NCBI GenBank assembly: GCA_044377415.1
Contig: JBILZC010000003.1
Location: 1,788-65,787, forward strand
Length of the DNA stretch: 64,000 nucleotides
DNA from: Terrimicrobiaceae bacterium
Lineage (GTDB): Bacteria > Verrucomicrobiota > Verrucomicrobiia > Chthoniobacterales > Terrimicrobiaceae
Direction: 5' to 3'
The notes beneath the pieces are model-generated. The model was not told the DNA's origin, did not search any database, and saw only the letters and a list, made by a program, of their open reading frames with translations. A program made the position numbers and the translations under genes. Numbering within the stretch: the stretch's first letter is position 1; each line of letters starts with the position of its first letter. Positions 1 through 7,582 of the stretch are shown here, in pieces.

Positions 1-2
1 CT

Positions 3-3000
3 GCCAATTCGTCTGTCATCAGCCGAACAACCACAGCCGGAAACATTACTGTCAGTTCCAATGTTGTAGTCAATTTCACGAACGGGAGTGGTGCTTTTGG
101 GACTGGTGGAACTGTGCGAACTCTTGATGTGGGATCGGGTGGCATTCTTGATTTTGGCAATACTGGTTGGTCGGCCTCGGCAGGAACCGGATTCAACAAA
201 GAAGGACAAGGTATAGTTAAACTTTCTGGTGCGTCTGCATGGGGCGGTGGCTTCACACTCAACAATGGCACGGTCATCGTAGGTGGTGTTAATGCCATGG
301 GTGGAGCTGCGAGCAACGCCTTGACAATTAATGGAGGAACTCTTGCCGCTGATATTAATAGAGACTTAACCGGCAAATACGGCGGGGGAATAACGGTCGG
401 TGGAAATTTTACGTTAGGAGGAGCGACCACAGGTGTTTCATCAGGAAACGGCAGCGCTGCCGCGACGATCACTTTTTCGAATAATGTTTCCTTAGGTTCC
501 TCAACAAGACAAATCACAATCGGCGCCAACGGCACATACACGTTCAATGGAATAATTTCTTCGACGAGCAGCGCAGGACTAACCATCAACGCCACATCAG
601 GTGCTACGGGAACCCTAGTTTTGGGTGGTGCGAACACCTACAACGGCACCACCACGCTGAACGGCGGCACGCTTTCGCTGAACTCCACAAACGCGCTTCA
701 GAATAGCACCCTCAACACCGGCGCAGCAGGCTCCCAAGTTGTCAATTTCATCGTCGCTGGCACCAATTCATACAACCTCGGCGGACTTGCCGGCGCGGAC
801 AACTTGAGCCTGGGGGGGAATTCCATCAGCGTGGGCTCCAACAATGCGGATACCACCTACTCTGCCGTTATCAGCAGCACTGGTGGCGGCCTTACCAAAG
901 TCGGCTCTGGCACCCTCACCCTCAGCGGAGCCAACACCTACACCGGCACAACAACGATCAGCGCAGGCAACCTGACCATCAGCGGGGGGAGTGCGATTGC
1001 GGATACCGGAACAGTCACCCTCGCAAACACGGCCGGCGTGGGATTCAATGTGAACTCTAGCGAGACGATCGCTTCTATCCAAGGTGGCGGCTCTACGGGG
1101 GGAATAGTGACCATTGCCTCCGGTCAGACTCTCACTGTGGCAGAGACTAGCACGCAGACCTTTGCAGGTTCACTCCAAGGATCTGGCAATTTCACAAAAT
1201 CCGGTGCGGGCACGCTGACGCTCAACGGCACGAATACGAACAGCGGCGCAATTTCCGTCACTACAGGCACGCTCACTTTCAATGGCTCGAGCGCATTGTC
1301 CTCGAGCGTTTCTTCGCTGAGCGCAACCAGCGCGACGATCAGCCTCCAAGATGGTGTCGACCGCACCATCACGATCTCCAACGGCGGACTCTCTCTCACG
1401 GGATCCACAATGGTTTTCGAGTTGGGTTCGGCTACCGACAGGCTCACCTTCACCAACGGAGGCGCCACGCTGAGCGGGACGAATACCATCCAGCTTGCTG
1501 ATCTCGGATCTTTCACAGCGGGCAACTACACGCTGATCAGTGCTGCCAGCGGCTTGAATGGGGGAACATGGTCGTTGAATTCAACCAACGCTCCAACCGG
1601 CTTCACCTACACGCTCAGCAATTCATCCACCACTCTCAGCTTGGTTGCCACAGCCAACAGTGCTTTTTATTACTGGAAAGGTGGCAATGGTTCCACTTGG
1701 GGAACGGCAAACAACTGGACGAGTGACAGCGCTGGCAACACCCTCCTTGCCGGGGCGCCCAGCACGACAGCGGATGTGGTCTTCGCTGCTACTGGCGCAT
1801 CCAACCTCTCAACCACCCTCGGCGCTGACTACACCGTCAGCACAGTCACCCTGAACACAGGTGGAATAACGGTTGGCGGAGCCAACACCCTCACGGCAAA
1901 CACGACCAGCGCTCTGGCGATTCGAGATACGGCCACAAGCGGCACGAATGTGATCTCGGCCAATCTCGCGGGAACAGGCGCGGGTCTTACCAAATCGGGC
2001 GCGGGCACCCTCACGCTGTCTGGCGCAAACACCTTCGGGGGTGGACTCATACTCAGTGCTGGCACACTGAACCTCAACAGCGCCACTGCTCCCGGCAGTG
2101 GCACGATCACCATCAGCGGAGGAACGCTCGATAACACCAGCGGCTTCGCTGTGACTCTCTCCAATAACAACACTCAATCTTGGAATGGCGACTTCACCTT
2201 CACCGGCACGAACACTCTGAGTCTCGGCTCCGGCGCGGTGGCACTCGGAGCCAGCTGCACGGTAACTGTCAGCGGCGGCACGCTCGGGGTCGGCGGTATC
2301 ATTTCCGGCTCAGGCTACAGCCTCACCAAAGCTGGCGCCGGCACGCTCACGCTCAGAGGGGCGAATACCTACACCGGCGGCACGACCCTCAGCGCTGGAA
2401 CCCTCAACATCAACAGCGCGTCCGCCATTGGCTCTGGCTCTTTCACCATCAGTGGCGGCACGCTCAACAACACAAGCGGCTCCAGCGTGACCCTCTCCAC
2501 CAACAACGCGCTAACTTGGAATGGCGACTTCGCCTTCACCGGCACCAACGACCTTAATCTTGGCAACGGCGCGGTGACCATGGCCGCATCCCGTCAAGTC
2601 ACAGTCAACGGCGGCAACCTCACCGTGGGTGGCATCATTTCGGGCAGCGGCTTCGGCCTTGCCAAAGCCGGTGCAGGTACACTCATCCTTGGCGGGGCAA
2701 ACACCTACACGGGTGCAACCACTGTTTCGGCAGGAACCTTGCAAACCAGTGTATCCAATGTCATTTCCGATTCCTCCGCCCTCAGCGTGTCTGCAGGCGC
2801 CACATTCAAACTCGGCGGCAATGACACCGTGGCCTCCATCGCCGGGTCTGGAAACTATTCACTCGGAGCCAACACACTCACCTTCGGTGACACCTCAAAC
2901 CAAACCGTCTCTGGAACGATTTCAGGCACGGGAGCCCTCGTGAAAAATGGCAGTGGTTCGATCGCACTGAGTGGAAACAACACCTATTCGGGAGGAACCA

Positions 3001-4445
3001 CCATCTCGACAGGAACGATCCAAATTGGCGATAATAATGCGCTGGGCAGCGGATCGGTGAAGTTAGGAGTTTCAGGAACAACAGCATCGATCGCATTCAC
3101 CAGCACGGATGCAACGGATCGCACGATCTCCAATGTGCTCACCTCATTCGCAGGCAGCAGTTGGAACACCACATTCGGTTCAGCAGTGACGGGAAATTTA
3201 ACCTTTGGCAATTCGACGAGCGTTACACTTGGTGCCGTGAGAACTTTTACTGTCAACAACAGCTGGACCTCCTTTGCGAATGCATTCACGGGTTCTGGAG
3301 ATGGCATCACCAAATCCGGCACAGGCACGCTCATCCTCCTCGCAAATAACAGCTACAACGGAACGACGATAATCAACACCGGCACGCTCCAAATCGGCAA
3401 CGGCGGTGCCACAGGGAGCCTCTCAACCAGCAGTGCGATCACCGTCAATGGAACGCTGACTTTCAACCGTACAGGAGATGTCGTGCAAGGCACCAACTTC
3501 TCTTCAGCCTCCATCAGCGGCACAGGCTCACTTGTCCAAAACGGCGCCGGCACCCTCACTTTAAACGCCGCCAACACCTACTCCGGTGGCACCACGCTCA
3601 ATACCGGTACGCTGGTCATCGGCAACACCGCCGCCGCCGGCACCGGCGCGATCACGCAATCCAGCGGATCCTCACTCTTGAAATTCGACACCACCGGCAC
3701 GGTGAGCAACAACATGTCGATCTACAATGTCGCGTCGAACCAGACGATGACGCTGAGCGGCAGCATCACCGCGCAGAACACCACCTACGATGTCGCGAGC
3801 GGGACGACTCTCTCGATCAACGGAACCATCAGCGGTTCGGGTGGGGTGACCAAGAACGGCACGGGCACACTCACCCTCACTGGCAACAATACCTTCACCG
3901 GCAACACCACGATCAACTCGGGCACACTGAGAGCGGGAGCCGCCGGCGCCCTCGGGGACACCAGGGAAGTGATGGTCAACTCGGGCGGATCCCTTCTCAT
4001 CGCGGCAAGCGAAGCGATCGACGACGAAGCAGCCATCAAGCTGGCTGGGGGAACGATGAAATTTGATGGAAATGTAACCGAAACGCTCGGTGCATTCTCG
4101 CTTTCAGCGAACTCGTCCATCGACATGGGAATGGGGAGTGTGTGGCTCGAGTTCGCGAATCTGCCAGCGCTCATCGTGACCTACGACCTGAAGATCCTCA
4201 ATTACACGCTCTACACAGACCACCTTTACTTTGCAAGCGACGCCTTTCTGCAGAATAGTCTGTCCCACATCAGATTCTACAGCGGCACCGACGAGTCGTC
4301 CTTCATTGGAAGCAGCTTCATTGAAAGCCTTAACCCATACCATGTGAGGCCGGTCCCCGAACCCGAGACTTACGCCACAGCCGCGCTGCTGCTCATCGGC
4401 CTAGGGATCTACGCCTACCGCCGCCGCCAACAGAAAACGCACTAA
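3..4445 (+). CDS. PATR (autotransporter-associated beta-strand repeat) surface protein with C-terminal PEP-CTERM anchor; 5' end lies outside the window
   Basis: The frame is open from nt 3. There is no stop upstream of the GTG at 114 that the ORF track used. The protein has dozens of repeats of the type K-x-G-x-G-T-L-T-L-x-G-x-N-T-Y-x-G-x-T-x-(I/L)-x-x-G-T-L. The tail is VPEPETYATAALLLIGLGIYAYRRRQQ, which is a PEP motif, a TM helix and a basic cluster. Confidence 0.85.
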   Translation, partial: ANSSVISRTTTAGNITVSSNVVVNFTNGSGAFGTGGTVRTLDVGSGGILDFGNTGWSASAGTGFNKEGQGIVKLSGASAWGGGFTLNNGTVIVGGVNAMGGAASNALTINGGTLAADINRDLTGKYGGGITVGGNFTLGGATTGVSSGNGSAAATITFSNNVSLGSSTRQITIGANGTYTFNGIISSTSSAGLTINATSGATGTLVLGGANTYNGTTTLNGGTLSLNSTNALQNSTLNTGAAGSQVVNFIVAGTNSYNLGGLAGADNLSLGGNSISVGSNNADTTYSAVISSTGGGLTKVGSGTLTLSGANTYTGTTTISAGNLTISGGSAIADTGTVTLANTAGVGFNVNSSETIASIQGGGSTGGIVTIASGQTLTVAETSTQTFAGSLQGSGNFTKSGAGTLTLNGTNTNSGAISVTTGTLTFNGSSALSSSVSSLSATSATISLQDGVDRTITISNGGLSLTGSTMVFELGSATDRLTFTNGGATLSGTNTIQLADLGSFTAGNYTLISAASGLNGGTWSLNSTNAPTGFTYTLSNSSTTLSLVATANSAFYYWKGGNGSTWGTANNWTSDSAGNTLLAGAPSTTADVVFAATGASNLSTTLGADYTVSTVTLNTGGITVGGANTLTANTTSALAIRDTATSGTNVISANLAGTGAGLTKSGAGTLTLSGANTFGGGLILSAGTLNLNSATAPGSGTITISGGTLDNTSGFAVTLSNNNTQSWNGDFTFTGTNTLSLGSGAVALGASCTVTVSGGTLGVGGIISGSGYSLTKAGAGTLTLRGANTYTGGTTLSAGTLNINSASAIGSGSFTISGGTLNNTSGSSVTLSTNNALTWNGDFAFTGTNDLNLGNGAVTMAASRQVTVNGGNLTVGGIISGSGFGLAKAGAGTLILGGANTYTGATTVSAGTLQTSVSNVISDSSALSVSAGATFKLGGNDTVASIAGSGNYSLGANTLTFGDTSNQTVSGTISGTGALVKNGSGSIALSGNNTYSGGTTISTGTIQIGDNNALGSGSVKLGVSGTTASIAFTSTDATDRTISNVLTSFAGSSWNTTFGSAVTGNLTFGNSTSVTLGAVRTFTVNNSWTSFANAFTGSGDGITKSGTGTLILLANNSYNGTTIINTGTLQIGNGGATGSLSTSSAITVNGTLTFNRTGDVVQGTNFSSASISGTGSLVQNGAGTLTLNAANTYSGGTTLNTGTLVIGNTAAAGTGAITQSSGSSLLKFDTTGTVSNNMSIYNVASNQTMTLSGSITAQNTTYDVASGTTLSINGTISGSGGVTKNGTGTLTLTGNNTFTGNTTINSGTLRAGAAGALGDTREVMVNSGGSLLIAASEAIDDEAAIKLAGGTMKFDGNVTETLGAFSLSANSSIDMGMGSVWLEFANLPALIVTYDLKILNYTLYTDHLYFASDAFLQNSLSHIRFYSGTDESSFIGSSFIESLNPYHVRPVPEPETYATAALLLIGLGIYAYRRRQQKTH

Positions 4446-4474
4446 CTAAACTCAAATTTCTGACTTTCACCATC

Positions 4475-4895
4475 GGGGAATCGAGATCTTTGGGAAAGGT
4501 CGAGAATCGCAAGCTCGGGAGAGCTGAAGATAGACTAACCGAAGGTTAGCCCTCAGGGCGCAGCATCGGGCACGATGCAAGTCATAGACTGCCGTAAGGC
4601 AGCTCCGAAGGAGGAGCAAGGTCGAGAAGAACCTGCGAATCAACACAGCAAGATCCTCCAACCAAAGGTTGGCCCGAAGGGGGCCGCTGCTGGGGGGCAG
4701 CGCGTCATCTCAGTAAGAAAAAATCCGCAGCATCATCCTCGTGAAGAAGAGATGGGGCGTAATACCAAAAGCCGCTTGCTTTTGGATTTTAGTAGAGGGG
4801 CACAGCGCGTCCCGCCTGTGTGCTGCGGTCTGATGGGGAGGGTGCGAGAAAGCAGACCAGTCTCCACACGGCCGAGACGGCCATGCCCCCCTTTT
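4475..4895 (+). ncRNA. Unassigned structured-RNA candidate (family not recognised; boundaries approximate)
   Basis: Convergent intergenic gap with no credible ORF. It holds at least 9 perfect short hairpins, including GNRA loops that exist only on the + strand (GCUC-GGGA-GAGC 4513-4524; CUGCC-GUAA-GGCAG 4589-4602). Long-range pairing GGGGCA 4797-4802 with UGCCCC 4884-4889 is followed by CCUUUU. There is an internal ~122-123 nt duplication with one compensatory base-pair change. Confidence 0.3.
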
Positions 4896-4950
4896 CCGCT
4901 GCAAAGTCCAATTTCAAAGGGACAATGGTATAAGCGATACTTTGAGTGCG

Positions 4951-4973
4951 AAAAAGCAACATATTGCTGCTTT
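4951..4973 (-). terminator. Putative intrinsic terminator of the EEP-nuclease operon
   Basis: On the minus strand, AGCAA-UAUG-UUGCU is followed by UUUU. It lies about 20 nt past the stop at 4995. Confidence 0.45.
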
Positions 4974-4994
4974 GAAAGATCTAAATCGAAGAAC

Positions 4995-5858
4995 TCAAAG
5001 AAGTGATTTGCTGGTAACGGGCAAGTGATCACTCACCTGATACTTGGATATAGAAGGTTTCAAAATCTTTTCCTTGGAACCTTTTACGAAGATATAATCA
5101 AATGTGGCATCTGGATAAACGCCTTTGCTTGGATGAGTAATTCTCTGCTGTGGTGAAGCAGATTCAAAACCAGAAGCAAATTCATTCTCCTCGAATATCT
5201 GTAATGTCTTTTCACTTGCGAAACTCAATTGGTCTTTGTTGGTATTGAAGTCACCAGCTACAATCACAGCATCAAAAGAATGCCCCAAAGTTTTTGGAAG
5301 CATTTTATAATGAGCTATAACCTGTTCTGAAGCTAACTCCCGCTTGAGAATGTTGATTTGGTTTATTTTGAACTTGTCGCCTCCCATAATCAGATTGCTT
5401 TTCAAGTGAACGCCATAAACAGCGATGTTTTTTCCATCAATATTGATATGAGCGAACGCAAATCCACGAGGCGGGTCAACCTTGCCAAAGGTTTTCCAAT
5501 CTTCCGACCAGCATGATTGTGCTGGATACTTGGAAAGGATGGCCACTTGTTGAAGACCCTTAGCACCTCCAAATCCGCTTTTAAAGGCAGTGCAAACTAG
5601 AACCTGATACGCGGGATCAATGGCTTTTGCTAACGCATCACAGGCTTCGTAATCCCTAACCTCTTGAAGAACGATTATATCTGAATCGAGTTCTCGAAGG
5701 GCAGCAGCAGCGTCTTCAATTCTTTTAGATTCTACCTCTGGAGTAGCAACGCCTTTAGAGTTACCAGGAAACCATTCCAGGTTCCAAGTCGTAATGGAGA
5801 TTTCCTTGGCACTGAGAATTGAACCAAGAAGAAAAAGAAAGACGATTACCCTCCGCAT
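4995..5858 (-). CDS. Secreted endonuclease/exonuclease/phosphatase (EEP) family protein
   Basis: N-terminal signal peptide MRRVIVFLFLLGSILSA. EEP landmarks: TWNLEWF, DIIVLQEV, GDFN, SDHLPV. Confidence 0.85.
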   Translation of the reverse strand: MRRVIVFLFLLGSILSAKEISITTWNLEWFPGNSKGVATPEVESKRIEDAAAALRELDSDIIVLQEVRDYEACDALAKAIDPAYQVLVCTAFKSGFGGAKGLQQVAILSKYPAQSCWSEDWKTFGKVDPPRGFAFAHINIDGKNIAVYGVHLKSNLIMGGDKFKINQINILKRELASEQVIAHYKMLPKTLGHSFDAVIVAGDFNTNKDQLSFASEKTLQIFEENEFASGFESASPQQRITHPSKGVYPDATFDYIFVKGSKEKILKPSISKYQVSDHLPVTSKSLL

Positions 5859-6289
5859 GATTTACATGGGCTACCATCATTCGGGCCGCACTCACTCCCC
5901 TTGGAGGTTTTGTAGTATTTACAGGAATTGTTGTGCCGCCGTTTTGATGAAGTTGTAAGCCAAAATCCGGTAGTAATCGCTGTTTCCGGAGACGCTGTTT
6001 CTGGAGATGCTGTTTCTGGAGATACAGTTTCTGGAGATACAGTTTCTGGAGATACAGTTTCTTTTGCCGGTGAGATTTTGGGCTCTGTTTTCGTTTCAAT
6101 AGGAGATGTGCTACCTGTTGCAAGAAGCTTTCGAAGACTTTGAAGTTCTTGCTTAAGGGAGTCATTTTCAGCTTTGAGTTGAGCATTAACTTTCTGAAGT
6201 TCAGGCGGATCAGATTCAGAGTGGAGCGTTAAAGTCCAACAAAAAATGAACAATATAAGCGATGGTATTAATGCAGTGGTTTTTTTCAT
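5846..6289 (-). CDS. Secreted hypothetical protein: signal peptide, coiled coil, (PETxS)n linker, C-terminal His/Cys motif
   Basis: Signal peptide MKKTTALIPSLILFIFCWTLTLHS. Heptad-like segment LQKVNAQLKAENDSLKQELQSLRKLL. Linker ETVSPETVSPETVSPETASPETASPETA. Tail HNNSCKYYKTSKGSECGPNDGSPCKSCGG. Its stop overlaps the start of the EEP gene by 13 nt. Confidence 0.7.
   Translation of the reverse strand: MKKTTALIPSLILFIFCWTLTLHSESDPPELQKVNAQLKAENDSLKQELQSLRKLLATGSTSPIETKTEPKISPAKETVSPETVSPETVSPETASPETASPETAITTGFWLTTSSKRRHNNSCKYYKTSKGSECGPNDGSPCKSCGG
5981..6063. repeat. 15-bp tandem repeat, about 5.5 copies, inside CDS 5846..6289
   Basis: Units on the + strand: tgtttccggagacgc, tgtttctggagatgc, tgtttctggagatac, agtttctggagatac, agtttctggagatac, then a partial unit. 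They encode the PETxS pentapeptide repeats. Confidence 0.9.
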
Positions 6290-7068
6290 TTTGGTTTTTT
6301 GGTTTTCTAATTTTCCAGTTTGGAAATCTGTGAGTTATGTCTTAAAAAGTTGGTTTTCGATGTCGCCATACAGCGTTTCAATTAGGTTTTTTAGTTCGTG
6401 CGATTCACTTGAATAGGGAGCGAAATCTTGGATAGTTCGGCAGCTTCCGGGGAAGATGGACCGCTGGCCGCGGGCCGATTTTTTGTGGATTCACAAGCCG
6501 ATTTGCAGGCCGACTGAGAAGACGTGAGAGGGAAACGCAGGAACCCCAAATGATGACTAATAGAACCAGTGCAAAACGAGTGATTCGCAGCAAATTCTCC
6601 TAATGAGTTTCGGAATATTCTACTCCTTGAAAAAAATTCTGGTATGCGCTGAGAGAAAGTCAAAAGCCTGCAAAGTCCCGTAAATGCTTTCTCTACGAGC
6701 GAAGGGATTTCGAGAGAGCTTGTGGACATGAATGAACTTTGCGGCCAGTCCTAAGAAATCTCCACCCCCGCAATGTTACGTTTATGACATAAAATGGGCA
6801 GGCAGCTGAGGGATCGGCCATAGTCAGGCTCAGCAAATTAATTAGCGCAACTAGTCGACCCTGATAGAGCCTTGCGCTTACAGGAATCGAGTGTTGATGG
6901 CCCTTTTTTGGCTCTAATTATGGCTACAGGAAACAAGAGCAATAAGAACCTGCCTTAAAAAGAGGCTCAGGCTTGGGGATTGTTCATTAGGGACAGAGCG
7001 GAAAGCGGTGAAATCTGAGGATTAAAAACCTCGCGTCTATGCAGGCTGCCCTTCTGCTGCATTCGGAT

Positions 7069-7530
7069 TTACACGACGCGGAGGATTTTTGCGGAGGGCG
7101 ATTTGATTTTCCGGCCGGCATGGGATCCAAGCAACTGCTTGCCCAGAGGGGATTCATGGGTAATGACGGTCACAGTGGTTCTCGCGCAGGTGACCTCCGT
7201 TCCGCCCGCAACTGGCGCTAGAAAAAACCACTCGCTCGCTCGGGCGAACTGGATTTCTATTAGCGCACCGAAATCAATCGGGTCGGTGTCAGTAAAAGCA
7301 CGAAGTGGCATCTTTTCAATGATGGCAATGGCATGCACGGCAGATTCCGCCTGCCTGGCAAGTCCGTCAGCGAGATAATTCTCCTCGATGGAGAGGGTAT
7401 CGTATTTGCCTTCGGCGCGGCTTTCCGAGTTGTTCCCGAGTTCGCGGGTGGTTTTGGAGACGCGGAGGCGACTTTCAAAATCTTCACGGAGGGAGTGAAG
7501 AATCTCACGGATGATGGCTGATTTATTCAT
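7069..7530 (-). CDS. GreA/GreB-family transcription elongation factor-like protein
   Basis: Start moved to the ATG at 7530 (MNKSAIIREI...), because the longer ORF 7069..7728 would overlap leuA. The C-terminal segment VTVITHESPLGKQLLGSHAGRKI matches the Gre C-terminal domain pattern (SPlG.aLlG...G). Confidence 0.7.
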   Translation of the reverse strand: MNKSAIIREILHSLREDFESRLRVSKTTRELGNNSESRAEGKYDTLSIEENYLADGLARQAESAVHAIAIIEKMPLRAFTDTDPIDFGALIEIQFARASEWFFLAPVAGGTEVTCARTTVTVITHESPLGKQLLGSHAGRKIKSPSAKILRVV

Positions 7531-7582
7531 GAGATACCAAATCAGCGAGGAGAATCCTGTCGTCGTGAGAAATCGATTTTTC

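Noticed and set aside
4475-4895. Possible tmRNA, RNase P RNA or SRP RNA identity for the structured intergenic region
   Set aside because: Tested by eye on both strands. For tmRNA, there is no tRNA-like 3' end (no GGUUCGAnUCC T-loop plus acceptor-CCA) and no plausible Ala-initiated tag ORF ending in a hydrophobic tail. For RNase P, there is no GAGGAAAGUCCGGGC (CR-I) or ACAGAACCCGGCUUA (CR-V); only loose resemblances exist (GGGAAAGGUCGAG, GGAGCAAGGUCGAGAAG). The SRP domain IV resemblance (CUCC-GAA-GGAGGAGCAAGG) is partial. The region is therefore left unassigned pending a covariance-model search.
4575-5006. 143-aa ORF on the + strand in the convergent gap
   Set aside because: The composition is Arg/Pro/Gly/Lys-rich with no domain, signal peptide or start context. 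It coincides with the hairpin-dense region and runs into the 3' end of the opposite-strand EEP gene.
5981-6063. CRISPR-like appearance of short tandem repeats (also 26690-27580 and 33059-33430)
   Set aside because: The repeats are contiguous with no unique spacers, in frame and inside CDSs. No cas genes are present.
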